The position numbers and the translations under genes are program-made. A stretch of 64,000 nt of DNA, from NCBI GenBank assembly GCA_000993535.1, contig LBWG01000001.1:22442-86441 (forward strand). The letters are read 5' to 3'. Shown here in pieces: positions 27,846 to 37,392 of the stretch. The stretch's first letter is position 1. Every line of letters starts with the position of its first letter. The notes under the pieces were generated by a model that saw only the letters and a program-made list of their open reading frames with translations, was not told the DNA's origin and did no database searches. Source of the stretch: Candidatus Uhrbacteria bacterium GW2011_GWF2_39_13. GTDB lineage: Bacteria; Patescibacteriota; Patescibacteriia; UBA9934; GWF2-40-263.

Positions 27846-29057
27846 TTATACGAATAATTGATTAGACAAAAGACATTGACGTAAAGAACGATACACATTT
27901 TTCAGATCTGTTTTTTGAGGTTGAGGAGGAAGACGTTGGAGTAATCGATCAGCAAGCGTTCCATGATCCAGATAGAACTGATAGACATCATGGTATTGCT
28001 TAGAACCGTGCTGTTTTATGAGATGTGCCCAAACTTCTTTTGCGGTCACATTTTCTTTGATCAGACCAAAAATACGAGCATACGCAGAATCTACACGACA
28101 AGCCCCTGCATCACGGATTGTTCCTTGAAAAAGAGAAAAAAGATCCTCAACAGACCAAGATTTAAACCCTTCAATCTTCATCTGTTCTGGTTGTGCAAGC
28201 TCTTTTACAATATCAATAATAAGAGACAAAAAGGCAATATCCGCATGGACACACTCTTGAATATCCATGAGTCGAATCTCAATCGAACCTCGATCAAACC
28301 TTGCAATGGCTCCCCGAGAATTTAAGAAATACTGATTTAATAATTGATCGGGATTGTAAGGAGCGATCTGTTTTTGAATCTGAGAAAAAATAACCTGTTC
28401 ATACTCTTCTTCCGAAAAAACAGGCTCAGGGATTACACGACCCGTTAATGCAGGAAGTCGCTCTTGGTTTGTTTGATAATAATCAAGGCGCGTATCTTTT
28501 AGACCTGTCACCATTGTATTTGCTACAGGAGAAGAAGCCGTGAGTGCAGGGATCAAAGGAAGGATCAAGCGCACGGCCGCATGAAGCCTCTCAAATTCCT
28601 CATCTGTTTTAAAAGAAATATTCAAATGCGTACTCTGGACATTCGCCCATCCATGGCGGTAACAGTTAAAAATTTCATGATAACGCTCGTAAATCTCATG
28701 TCCTTCGTGTTTCCACAGGACTGTTTCTTGGGTTGGATCCATCCAAGGATGAATTCCTCCTGGGAGTAATCCCAATCCTCGAGAGGAAAGGAGCTTCTCA
28801 ATCTCTAATACATTTTGATAAAGAGCGGTCTCCATGGATGCAAGATCTGAAACAGGATCTGTCACTTTCAGTTCAACCAGATGTGAAACAAGTTCGTTGG
28901 ACCACGTGACAGCCCCTCGTTCAACATCAGAAACAAATGATCCTGTGGCATCAAAAAAAAGCTGATCAACCATGGGACGCACATCCAATGTTTGCTGATC
29001 AACGACCATATACTCTAGTTCAATGCCGAAACGTTCAAATAAAGCGTAGGATCTCAT
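27846..29057 (-). CDS. Glutamate--cysteine ligase family 2 (GCS2/YbdK-like carboxylate-amine ligase)
   Basis: GIELEYMVVD, SNELVSHLVELK, HPWMDP, HGWANVQSTHLN, ASSP, NSRGAIARFDRGSIEIR. Confidence 0.85.
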   Translation of the reverse strand: MRSYALFERFGIELEYMVVDQQTLDVRPMVDQLFFDATGSFVSDVERGAVTWSNELVSHLVELKVTDPVSDLASMETALYQNVLEIEKLLSSRGLGLLPGGIHPWMDPTQETVLWKHEGHEIYERYHEIFNCYRHGWANVQSTHLNISFKTDEEFERLHAAVRLILPLIPALTASSPVANTMVTGLKDTRLDYYQTNQERLPALTGRVIPEPVFSEEEYEQVIFSQIQKQIAPYNPDQLLNQYFLNSRGAIARFDRGSIEIRLMDIQECVHADIAFLSLIIDIVKELAQPEQMKIEGFKSWSVEDLFSLFQGTIRDAGACRVDSAYARIFGLIKENVTAKEVWAHLIKQHGSKQYHDVYQFYLDHGTLADRLLQRLPPQPQKTDLKNVYRSLRQCLLSNQLFV

Positions 29058-30508
29058 AATGGAGGAATCGTTTTTTCAATATCTTTGCGCAATCGCGTCA
29101 TAATGGTGTCATAAAGAGAAACTCCAGCCACGCGATCCTCAATACCCGCATCGATACTTGGATTATCATTAATTTCGATCACATACACCTTTCCCCCGCT
29201 CTCTTTAAGATCGACTCCATATAAACCGCTTCCCATAAGGGATGAAGCCTTTATTGCTAAATCGAGGATAGATTTTGGTACTTGATCTAAAGCAAATGTC
29301 TCAAACGTGCCGCATGAATCTTTTTTACTCCAGTCATAAATCTGCCAATGATCTTTTGCCATGTAATACTTACAAGCAAAGATCGGTTTTTTATCTAATA
29401 TTCCAATTCGCCAATCAAATGTCGTAGGTAAAAACTCCTGAGCAATCACAAGATCTGAATCCTCCAATAACTGATCTAATGCCTTCTTTAAGTCTTCCTC
29501 GTTTTGAACCTTCATAACCCCTTGAGAAAAGGAGCTGTCAGGTTTTTTTAAAACAATAGGAAAACCAATAAGCTGAGCTAAGACCTCTTTATTTTCTTTA
29601 TGAACAATGACGGTCTTTGGAGTGGGGATATTGGCTTTCTCAAGAGCCTCCGCTAAATACACTTTATTAGAACAGCGCAAAATAGAAATAGGATCATCCA
29701 ATACAGCGATCCCTTCTGCCAAGGCGGTGCGAGCAAACCGGTAGGTATGATGATTCACGGCTGTGGTTTCACGAATAAACAAAGCGTCATACTCAGCTAA
29801 ATGGTCGTAATCCGCTTTTGTAATAAGATCAACTTCAAAACCCATTCGCTCTCCTGCTTCCACAAATTGTTGAAGCGCTTTTTTATCTGATGGAGGAGAG
29901 AGCTCTTCTGGATTCACAAGAATAGCTAAATCAAAGTTTGCTTTAAAAGGCTGAGAGTTAATGTGTCGTTTTTTATTAAAGTATTGCTCAGCAAATAATT
30001 GAATGTAAGGGAAATGAGTTTCAGGAATTTCTTTCATGGAGATGAGAGTCACACTTTGAAGAACCCATTTTTGTCGAAAAGTAAATTGTGCCCTTAAAAG
30101 AGGTGCACGAAAAAGTCCGTAAATTTTTTGAGAAAGCTCATTGTAACGAGCCGTAAGATTCTTTCCAAAATAGATACTCAGTGTAAATCGGTCTGCTTTA
30201 ATTTTGGATAATTTTTGTTGAATTAAATCATCAAGATCATCCGAAAGCGCGCGAACGATAGTGTTGGATTTTAAATCCTGGATGGTGGTAACGTTTGGAA
30301 TGACTTTATGACCTCGAGCTTCAGCGAGCAGCGAAACATAATATCCAGCCGACTGATACCAATAATTGCGAGAAAGATTAAAAATACGGACATTTTTCAA
30401 ATCATGATACAGAGGATCAGTTAAATACGCTTTCACAGAAACAATTTCTACACCTGGAATCTGGAGATGCCAATCACTTGGATGACTTACAACAACAATT
30501 TTTCTCAT
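29054..30508 (-). CDS. RimK-family ATP-grasp ligase with N-terminal RLAN domain
   Basis: RLAN motif YQSAGYYVSLLAEARGH; ATP-grasp motifs ALFIRETT, KPDSSFSQGV, QEFLPT.FDWRIG, YGVDLK, IEINDNP; start at 30508. Confidence 0.88.
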   Translation of the reverse strand: MRKIVVVSHPSDWHLQIPGVEIVSVKAYLTDPLYHDLKNVRIFNLSRNYWYQSAGYYVSLLAEARGHKVIPNVTTIQDLKSNTIVRALSDDLDDLIQQKLSKIKADRFTLSIYFGKNLTARYNELSQKIYGLFRAPLLRAQFTFRQKWVLQSVTLISMKEIPETHFPYIQLFAEQYFNKKRHINSQPFKANFDLAILVNPEELSPPSDKKALQQFVEAGERMGFEVDLITKADYDHLAEYDALFIRETTAVNHHTYRFARTALAEGIAVLDDPISILRCSNKVYLAEALEKANIPTPKTVIVHKENKEVLAQLIGFPIVLKKPDSSFSQGVMKVQNEEDLKKALDQLLEDSDLVIAQEFLPTTFDWRIGILDKKPIFACKYYMAKDHWQIYDWSKKDSCGTFETFALDQVPKSILDLAIKASSLMGSGLYGVDLKESGGKVYVIEINDNPSIDAGIEDRVAGVSLYDTIMTRLRKDIEKTIPPL

Positions 30509-30650
30509 AGATGCGTCGAACCGACGCAAGGAGGTTTAAGAAAATAAAAATTCGAAGGAATCTATACAAATTGAGCTCAGCAGCAAACAGCTTTAATTGT
30601 TTATCTATTCGCCTTGCTTGATATAAGCATACAAAAATTGAATCAAAAAA

Positions 30651-30687
30651 AACAGAGCTCCGCCATGATGACACATGGAACTCTGTT
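30651..30687 (-). terminator. Hairpin downstream of the DGR-target-like gene
   Basis: Minus strand AACAGAGTTCC...GGAGCTCTGTT followed by a T-run. Confidence 0.6.
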
Positions 30688-30706
30688 GTAGGAGTAGAAG
30701 AAAACT

Positions 30707-31348
30707 CTAACTCGCCAGAAGGACAGCAGGGCTCCGATCATCGAAGTAATCGTCGACCAAGAAGAAGGATCCACACCACCGACCGCCACTGAAGTTGAGG
30801 CAACAAACGTACAAGGTACCATCGACATCTTCAAAACCGGTAGCCCAGAAAAAGATATACTGGGTCTTCCTAGCACTGTTTTTCTTGAAGGAGTTCGGAA
30901 TGAGGTGGACGTTATCCAACAACGCCTTTATAACGTTGGGATGCAGAACATCCTTCTCAACAAGTCTCGTGAGCAGAGCAGCACCTGCAAGCCCTCCTGA
31001 AATCTGCTCAGGCTCTAAGTGCAAGATCATCTTGCGACCATCGACGAAAAGGTCTTTACCCTTTCGCATGACGGTTACAAGACCTGAACACTTCTTCCAC
31101 ACTTGTAGCTTAGCTTCCAGGATCGAAATGCCGATGGGGAAGTCGAGATTCACCTCAATGGTGTTTTCATCGATCTTCCTCCAAAACCAATCCTTGGAAA
31201 CAGGATCCCAGGGGTTCTCCTTCTGAAGGAATCGTTTGAATGCCACGACCCATTCGATGGTACTCTCACCTTCGAGTTTCGAGAATAAATCTTTCATGAG
31301 TCCAGCAATCTCGCGCAGAACTTTGACGTCGAACGCCTCTTCTGACAT
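30707..31348 (-). CDS. Hypothetical protein with a DGR-target-like (C-type lectin-like) variable C-terminus
   Basis: Ends YIFFWATGFEDVDGTLYVCCLNFSGGRWCGSFFLVDDYFDDRSPAVLLAS*; SD AGGAG before ATG 31348. Confidence 0.7.
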   Translation of the reverse strand: MSEEAFDVKVLREIAGLMKDLFSKLEGESTIEWVVAFKRFLQKENPWDPVSKDWFWRKIDENTIEVNLDFPIGISILEAKLQVWKKCSGLVTVMRKGKDLFVDGRKMILHLEPEQISGGLAGAALLTRLVEKDVLHPNVIKALLDNVHLIPNSFKKNSARKTQYIFFWATGFEDVDGTLYVCCLNFSGGRWCGSFFLVDDYFDDRSPAVLLAS

Positions 31349-31558
31349 GTTTAGTCTCCTGTTATTTACGTCTGATCCACCTACTATTGTAAAAAAGTCT
31401 TGTTGAATTTTTAAACAAAAACAGCAAGACTCCTTTTGGAACTTTAATAAAAGTATCACGATACATCATATTGTCAACCGTTGATGCTTGATAAGAAAGG
31501 ATCAAATATAGCTATTTTATGATAAAATATACAGGCAACGATTACTAATGAAAAAACT

Positions 31559-32236
31559 ATGAAATCAAGCACTTTTCTACCCATTCTTGGTATAACAGCC
31601 CTTATGCTTCTCTTAGGCGCTGGATGTGTTGCTCCTTCGGTACAGACACAACAAACGGCACGAACGGATGAAGAACTCATCATAGTAAAAGAAGAACCAT
31701 TCTTAGAAGAAGAACCTGAGACAAATAATGATGGCGGACGCATGGCTGCCCCTGAGGCGTGTGAAGAGGGACACCTTCGTTACTCAAATGACACATTAGG
31801 ATTCACCTTCTGCTATAGTCCCATGATGTTCACCAATGGAGGATACACTTCAGAAATCCTTTTAAAAGAAAACGAGGAAACGCTTATTCTCTATCCAAAA
31901 GATCTTCCGGATTTCCAACACACCATTACTCGTCTGCGTTTTGACGAGACACTCAATCCAAAAGAAGCGATTGAAACACTCTATATGAAAGATGCAGATA
32001 AGAGTGTGTGTACTGTTGTGGAAATAAATAAAACGAGTGAATACACAGAATATCTTTTAGTGGGAGGTGATCTAGAAAATCAAGAAAAATGTGGAACGTA
32101 TAAAGTAGGTTCCTTGCGTGCGTACGAAAATACCCCTGGTTCTCTTTTCTACATCACCATCGGACAAGATACATTCATGGCAGATGACGTGTGGCTAAAG
32201 ACATTAGAACCTCGTGCGCAAGATCCAAACAATTAA
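31559..32236 (+). CDS. Putative lipoprotein
   Basis: Lipobox LLGAGC; YSNDTLGFTFCY motif. Confidence 0.65.
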   Translation: MKSSTFLPILGITALMLLLGAGCVAPSVQTQQTARTDEELIIVKEEPFLEEEPETNNDGGRMAAPEACEEGHLRYSNDTLGFTFCYSPMMFTNGGYTSEILLKENEETLILYPKDLPDFQHTITRLRFDETLNPKEAIETLYMKDADKSVCTVVEINKTSEYTEYLLVGGDLENQEKCGTYKVGSLRAYENTPGSLFYITIGQDTFMADDVWLKTLEPRAQDPNN

Positions 32237-32246
32237 TCATGAAACT

Positions 32247-32275
32247 AAAAATCACTGGGTGATCCCAGTGATTTT
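32247..32275. terminator. Bidirectional terminator
   Basis: AAAAATCACTGGG-TGAT-CCCAGTGATTTTT between convergent genes. Confidence 0.7.
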
Positions 32276-32279
32276 TTAT

Positions 32280-32813
32280 TTACTCAATGTCTTGTGTCTG
32301 ATTGGACTCTATAGGCTCATCAGGGATTTGACTATCGTGTCCGAAACGACTGTGCATTCCACCACGTGGACCTGGATGAAGATAATAGAGCGGAATATCG
32401 TTTTCATCTGCCCATTGTTTTAGCTCATTCATCTGAGCCTTCATGGCTTCATGGCGTGCCTCTTTATCCAAAGACGATAAACTCTCTATAAACGTTGTCA
32501 TCTCTTGTCGCTTAGCAAGGATACTGTCCGCTTGTTCTTGAGTGAGTTTTTCATTTGTGACAGCCTGATCCAACATGTTCGCTTCCCGTTCTCCACGTCG
32601 TGTTTCTATTTGTTCACGATGTTCGTCAAAAACTTCTTGAACATCTTCAGTGTTCAAATGAAATGTGGTCGCAATAGTCTCCACAAGATTATTTGTCCCA
32701 TCTGCAGATTCTGAAGAGGCAGCGAAAAGCGTTTGAACGCCCATCGCACTAACTCCGACAACAGCCACAACGGCTGCGGCGGCAAAAAAAGGATGTTGAT
32801 TAAATTTCTTCAT
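32280..32813 (-). CDS. Secreted helical protein associated with the two-component system
   Basis: Signal peptide; LDQAV..KLTQEQAD and ELKQWADENDI patterns; directly downstream of the kinase. Confidence 0.65.
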   Translation of the reverse strand: MKKFNQHPFFAAAAVVAVVGVSAMGVQTLFAASSESADGTNNLVETIATTFHLNTEDVQEVFDEHREQIETRRGEREANMLDQAVTNEKLTQEQADSILAKRQEMTTFIESLSSLDKEARHEAMKAQMNELKQWADENDIPLYYLHPGPRGGMHSRFGHDSQIPDEPIESNQTQDIE

Positions 32814-32905
32814 AAAATAGTTTGTAATGAATTAAAAATGTTTTATGAATCAATGACATTAAACATTGATTACACAAAAACAATAACAAAACGCCCATGA
32901 AGAAA

Positions 32906-33964
32906 TTATGAAGACTTGTGGATAGGCAACACAATACGAACAGTGGTTCCCTCATTTAATTCAGATGTCAACGAAATAAGACCCCCCAAAGAATAGATGA
33001 TGGATTGAACGATCGACAGACCTAGACCACTACCTCCTGTTTGACGAGAACGACTTTTTTCAACGCGATAAAAACGATCAAATACTTTTTGAAGATCTTC
33101 TTGAGTAATACCAATCCCCGTATCTTTGACAAGAACGATTGCCGTATTTTCTTGAACACTCGCACTCACATCCACCTGTCCATTACGTTTATTGTATTGA
33201 ACCGCATTATGAATAACATTTGTAATGGCTTGCTCAAGGAGTTCTTTTGAAGTAACGATGAGAATCTGAACAAAATTCGTGGGAAAAAAGGTAAGAGTTA
33301 CCTGTTGCTTTTGAGCAAGAGGCGTTAAACGATCAATCGTTTTACGAAGAATCAACTGGAGGTCGACAACTTCAAGTTCAGTTTCAACAGAGCCTCTTTG
33401 CTCACTCTCAATACGAGATAACGTAAGCAGACTTGTTACCAAACCACTCATACGACCAACTTCCTCTAAGTGACTTTGAAGAACTTCACGAGAATGTTGA
33501 GTATTCGCTGCTTCAAGCTCATTTTCTAAATCTGTCTGAAGAATGGCCAAGGGTGTGCGTAGCTCATGTGAGACATCACTTAAAAAATGTTTCTGTTTAC
33601 TATAAGCCTCCTGAATAGGACGAAGTGTTTTTCCGGCTAACCAGTAACTCAAGAGACCAGCAATAAATAAAAGAAGTGTGTTTACTGCAAGAGTCACATG
33701 AAGAAGGTCTGCTCGTACATCATCGGCAAGAGGTGGTATGACAGAGGTCGGTGTTTTTGGACGTTGATCTAAATAGGCGTTAAATCGATGAAACCGATCA
33801 TCAAGCCTTTGTGAAAAAAAGGATCGCGTGACTCCACCGGAAACAAACAACACCACAGCCAAAACCAACAAATACATCAGTGTGAGTGTAAGGCGAGATC
33901 TACGAAATTCTTTATTAAACGAGTCGATATCCTTTCCCCCAGACCGTTTGGATACGTTTGGCAT
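32906..33964 (-). CDS. Sensor histidine kinase
   Basis: H-box DVSHELRTPL, N-box NVIHNAVQY, DTGIGI, FDRFYRV, GSGLGLSI; start uncertain. Confidence 0.93.
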   Translation of the reverse strand: MPNVSKRSGGKDIDSFNKEFRRSRLTLTLMYLLVLAVVLFVSGGVTRSFFSQRLDDRFHRFNAYLDQRPKTPTSVIPPLADDVRADLLHVTLAVNTLLLFIAGLLSYWLAGKTLRPIQEAYSKQKHFLSDVSHELRTPLAILQTDLENELEAANTQHSREVLQSHLEEVGRMSGLVTSLLTLSRIESEQRGSVETELEVVDLQLILRKTIDRLTPLAQKQQVTLTFFPTNFVQILIVTSKELLEQAITNVIHNAVQYNKRNGQVDVSASVQENTAIVLVKDTGIGITQEDLQKVFDRFYRVEKSRSRQTGGSGLGLSIVQSIIYSLGGLISLTSELNEGTTVRIVLPIHKSS

Positions 33965-34577
33965 AAACAGATGGAAGTTTTTTACGAAGATTTTTTAGAT
34001 GAACATCAACCACGTTACTAAAGGAATCAAAGAACCGATCCCACACGTGGGTTAATAAATCCTCACGTGTTACGAGGTTTCCCTTATTTCGTAAAAGATA
34101 TTCAAGGATTCCATACTCACGCAATGTGAGATCAAGCTGTTTCTTTTTTATCTTGACGGTTTGAGAACGGGTATCGAGTTGCAAATCGTCCAACATGAAG
34201 AGATCTGTTGTCGTTTGTGTAGGGCGACGCAAAAGAGTGCGAATACGCGCCACTAATTCTTCAAACGAAAAGGGTTTTACCAGATAATCATCCGCTCCCA
34301 AATCTAAACCCATAACCTTATCCTCCACACTATCACGAGCGGTAAGAAACAAAATGGGAGTTTGCACCCCAAAAGCTCGAAGACTTCGACACACTTCCAG
34401 TCCATCACGCTTTGGCATCATCATATCCAAAATAAGAAGATCGTAGTCATTTACTCGAGCCATTTTTTCTCCCTCTTCCCCATCAAAAGCAAAATCTACC
34501 GCATATCCTCGATTCTGAAGACCTGTCACAAGCCCCTTATTCAATTTTGGTTCATCCTCGACAACAAGAATCTTCAT
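33915..34577 (-). CDS. OmpR-family response regulator
   Basis: MKILVVEDE, LDMMMP, LTARD, GADDYLVKPF, wHTH ending TVWGKGY. Confidence 0.95.
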   Translation of the reverse strand: MKILVVEDEPKLNKGLVTGLQNRGYAVDFAFDGEEGEKMARVNDYDLLILDMMMPKRDGLEVCRSLRAFGVQTPILFLTARDSVEDKVMGLDLGADDYLVKPFSFEELVARIRTLLRRPTQTTTDLFMLDDLQLDTRSQTVKIKKKQLDLTLREYGILEYLLRNKGNLVTREDLLTHVWDRFFDSFSNVVDVHLKNLRKKLPSVYAKRIQTVWGKGYRLV

Positions 34578-34776
34578 AAAAAAAATGTTAAAACAAACAA
34601 GAGATCACAACTTTTTAAGTATAACGCTAAACAGACAGATATCACCAGATTTTTTAGAACAAAAAATAGAACAAAAAACCTACTCGACAATGGTTCAGAC
34701 GCGTGTTAATTTGCTCTCGGTTCAAAAAACAATAAGAATCGTTCTTCACAATCTCTCTCTTTGCAAAAGGAATAAC

Positions 34777-35967
34777 ATGCAAACTCAACAGGAACGTCAT
34801 GAAGCTCAAATGAAGGCGGTCATGCCATTTGCAAGTATGGAGGATCTCCCTGAGAGCGTTCTGGATGAAATCGCTCAATTGAGTCCGCATCTGCCAGTCG
34901 TATTCATCCTCTACTACGGAGGTACAATCGGCATGAACAAAAGCAGAAACGCCTTCAATCGGATCGTCTATGGTCCTACCGATGATGCGAAAAAACTTCT
35001 TGAACCGCTCGAGGTTAAAGGACTCAAAGAAAAAATTCAGGTCATCTGGGTTCCTGTGTATAAAAAAGCGATCGACTCGACCAACGGGCGTTGGGTACAC
35101 TGGGTATCGATAGGAAACGCGATCAAACTGTTGTATGACAAGGCAACGGGATTTGTCATCTGTGGCGGCACTGACACAATGGCGCACATGATTGCCGCAA
35201 TGCGTTTCATGTTTCCAAACATCGGAAAACCAATCGTGGCTACAGGTTCACAAGTTGCCATGGTTGATCTGGGAGATGACGGAACAAATAACTTGTATTT
35301 TGCCATCACTGCCGCGGCAAGCGATCTTTCTGGTCCCTTTCTTATGTTCGGTGATGATCTGATGGATGGCATGCGTGTTCATAAGGTCAAACACACGCGT
35401 CGTCAAGCATTTGCCTGTCCTACCCAATACATCGTTGGTCACTATGACGATCAACTGCGCATCTATCCTCACGCCACACGGCGCAACCCCATTGTGACTT
35501 CCAAACGGTTGATCTACAAACCATATTTTCGAGAAGGTATAAAGATCGTCAAAATTAGCCCGGCTACTCCATCTGAATCGATCCTCCATGACGCCAATGA
35601 CTCAACCTGCAGCGCCATGCTTATCATCACGTTTGGAGCGGGCAATGTCCGGGACGAAGATATCGTCGAAGAAGTTCCCAGTCATATTGACTGTCTCTGG
35701 CAACTGTATCAGCGCCGTTATCCGGTCGTTTTGGGAAGTTCTATGATGGATGGAGTCGTGGACAGTCACTATGAAACCGGAACAAAAGCGGTTTCTGATA
35801 AAGAAGGCGAGGGAAACGCGATCTCTGCTGGTTCTACTACCGGACCGCTGCTTGAAGTAAAGTGCATGGTAGCTCTCGCCCAAGCTTGGGATCAGACATC
35901 GAAGATGTTGGACTACAACAAATTCCGTGCCTCCATGGAACGCGATCATATCGGGGAACTGACCTAG
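34777..35967 (+). CDS. L-asparaginase family protein (type I-like)
   Basis: YGGTIGM, IDSTN, GTDTM, KPIVATGSQ, FGAGN; start placed at ATG 34777 after AAGGA. Confidence 0.85.
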   Translation: MQTQQERHEAQMKAVMPFASMEDLPESVLDEIAQLSPHLPVVFILYYGGTIGMNKSRNAFNRIVYGPTDDAKKLLEPLEVKGLKEKIQVIWVPVYKKAIDSTNGRWVHWVSIGNAIKLLYDKATGFVICGGTDTMAHMIAAMRFMFPNIGKPIVATGSQVAMVDLGDDGTNNLYFAITAAASDLSGPFLMFGDDLMDGMRVHKVKHTRRQAFACPTQYIVGHYDDQLRIYPHATRRNPIVTSKRLIYKPYFREGIKIVKISPATPSESILHDANDSTCSAMLIITFGAGNVRDEDIVEEVPSHIDCLWQLYQRRYPVVLGSSMMDGVVDSHYETGTKAVSDKEGEGNAISAGSTTGPLLEVKCMVALAQAWDQTSKMLDYNKFRASMERDHIGELT

Positions 35968-36187
35968 TCACAACAAACGAGTTCCCTCAAAAAAACGACA
36001 CACCTATAAGAGGTGTGTTTTTCAATCTATAATTTAAAAACACTGATGTTTTCTAATTTTTTGATTCCTCAGCTGTATCCTCATTTACGATAGACAAAAC
36101 GATTTCTGAGATACTTCCTTTGTAACGAAACTGTTGACCAAGTTCAATCTTCATCTAAAACGACTCTTGCATAAATAGCGAACACTT

Positions 36188-37390
36188 TCATACGATTTCC
36201 TTTATCAAACTCTCAAGCCTATCAACGTACGCTTTGATGGAATACGGCTTGGCTCGATCGCGGATCAGTTGATATTTTTCCCACCATTGATCGCGCTGTT
36301 CATGAATCGTTTCCATGGCACTGGCAAGCTCACGGGTGTCGCCGGGTTTCACCAATAGGCCTGTGACTCCTTCTTCGATTAACTCTGGAATACCACCAAT
36401 GCGCGAGGCAATGACAGGGACCCCAACAAGAAAACTTTCATAAATAACCGTAGGAGAATTTTCGTAACAAATAGAAGGAATCACCACAGCATCTGCTGCT
36501 TGTAATAATCGAATAAGATGATTCAAAGAAACAAACCCATGAAAATAAATTCGTGAATCACGCTTCGCTCGTTGCACGACCATGTCTGATAATGCACCTT
36601 CTCCAGCAATATGGAGTTCGATTTCATCTCCCATCTGATCCAAAGCATCAAATAATTGCACGACCCCTTTATGCGTCTCTAATTGACCCACATACAAAAA
36701 TTGCGTACGCACAGCCATACGTGTTCCACGTTTCCCAGTAGATCCTGGAGGAAGAGGATTTGGAAGAATCTCCATGCGTGTATTGGTAAACAATCCGCGC
36801 TGTTGATAAAAATCAGCTAAAAAAGTGGATGGAGAAAGAACAAGATTGGGCGTTCCTATTTCTCGTTTAACTTCAGTCTCGTACCATTTGCGTAAAAAAG
36901 AACGGTTTAACCAAGATTGTTCTTGTCCGACAATAAGCAATCCGCTTGGAACACTTAATTGAACGTCATGAAGGGTGTGAATATGTGGGATCCCTTGTCG
37001 TTGAATCTCAGAACCAATAGAGACTCCAATACCTTTAAGATTATGGGTAATAATCACATCGGGATCTTCTTCCCGAATCACTTGTCCAATCGCGCAACGT
37101 CCACTCACTCCTATAAGATCAATCAAATGCCAAAGAACCCGAATCAAAAAAGGAATAGACCGATCATGACGCAGATAATAAACATTACAAGGGTAGAAAC
37201 GATAGACCGCTTCAAGTGTTCGTTCACGAATACGAGGAAATAAACTATGAACTCCTTCAAAAGGTTGAGTGGTCAAGACAAACACTTCATGTCCGCGTTC
37301 ATATAAAGCATCGGCAACACGTTGAGCAACGAGTTCAGCTCCTCCTCGTGCGTTAGGAGGATAAAAATTTGAAACAATACCGATCTTCAT
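36188..37390 (-). CDS. GT4 family glycosyltransferase
   Basis: YPPNARGGAE, YVGQLETHKG, PSICYENSP..IYES, ASRIGGIPE. Confidence 0.9.
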   Translation of the reverse strand: MKIGIVSNFYPPNARGGAELVAQRVADALYERGHEVFVLTTQPFEGVHSLFPRIRERTLEAVYRFYPCNVYYLRHDRSIPFLIRVLWHLIDLIGVSGRCAIGQVIREEDPDVIITHNLKGIGVSIGSEIQRQGIPHIHTLHDVQLSVPSGLLIVGQEQSWLNRSFLRKWYETEVKREIGTPNLVLSPSTFLADFYQQRGLFTNTRMEILPNPLPPGSTGKRGTRMAVRTQFLYVGQLETHKGVVQLFDALDQMGDEIELHIAGEGALSDMVVQRAKRDSRIYFHGFVSLNHLIRLLQAADAVVIPSICYENSPTVIYESFLVGVPVIASRIGGIPELIEEGVTGLLVKPGDTRELASAMETIHEQRDQWWEKYQLIRDRAKPYSIKAYVDRLESLIKEIV

Positions 37391-37392
37391 AC

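Noticed and set aside
30500-32300. Complete DGR cassette
   Set aside because: No reverse transcriptase, Avd-like gene or AAC-rich template repeat found by eye in the window, so only a candidate target is reported.
34585-34776. Long N-terminal extensions in the ORF track (asparaginase, FtsH, RRM, SOD, DGR-like target, glycoside hydrolase)
   Set aside because: They cross promoter or intergenic DNA or neighbouring genes; downstream starts fit SD sites and domain boundaries better.
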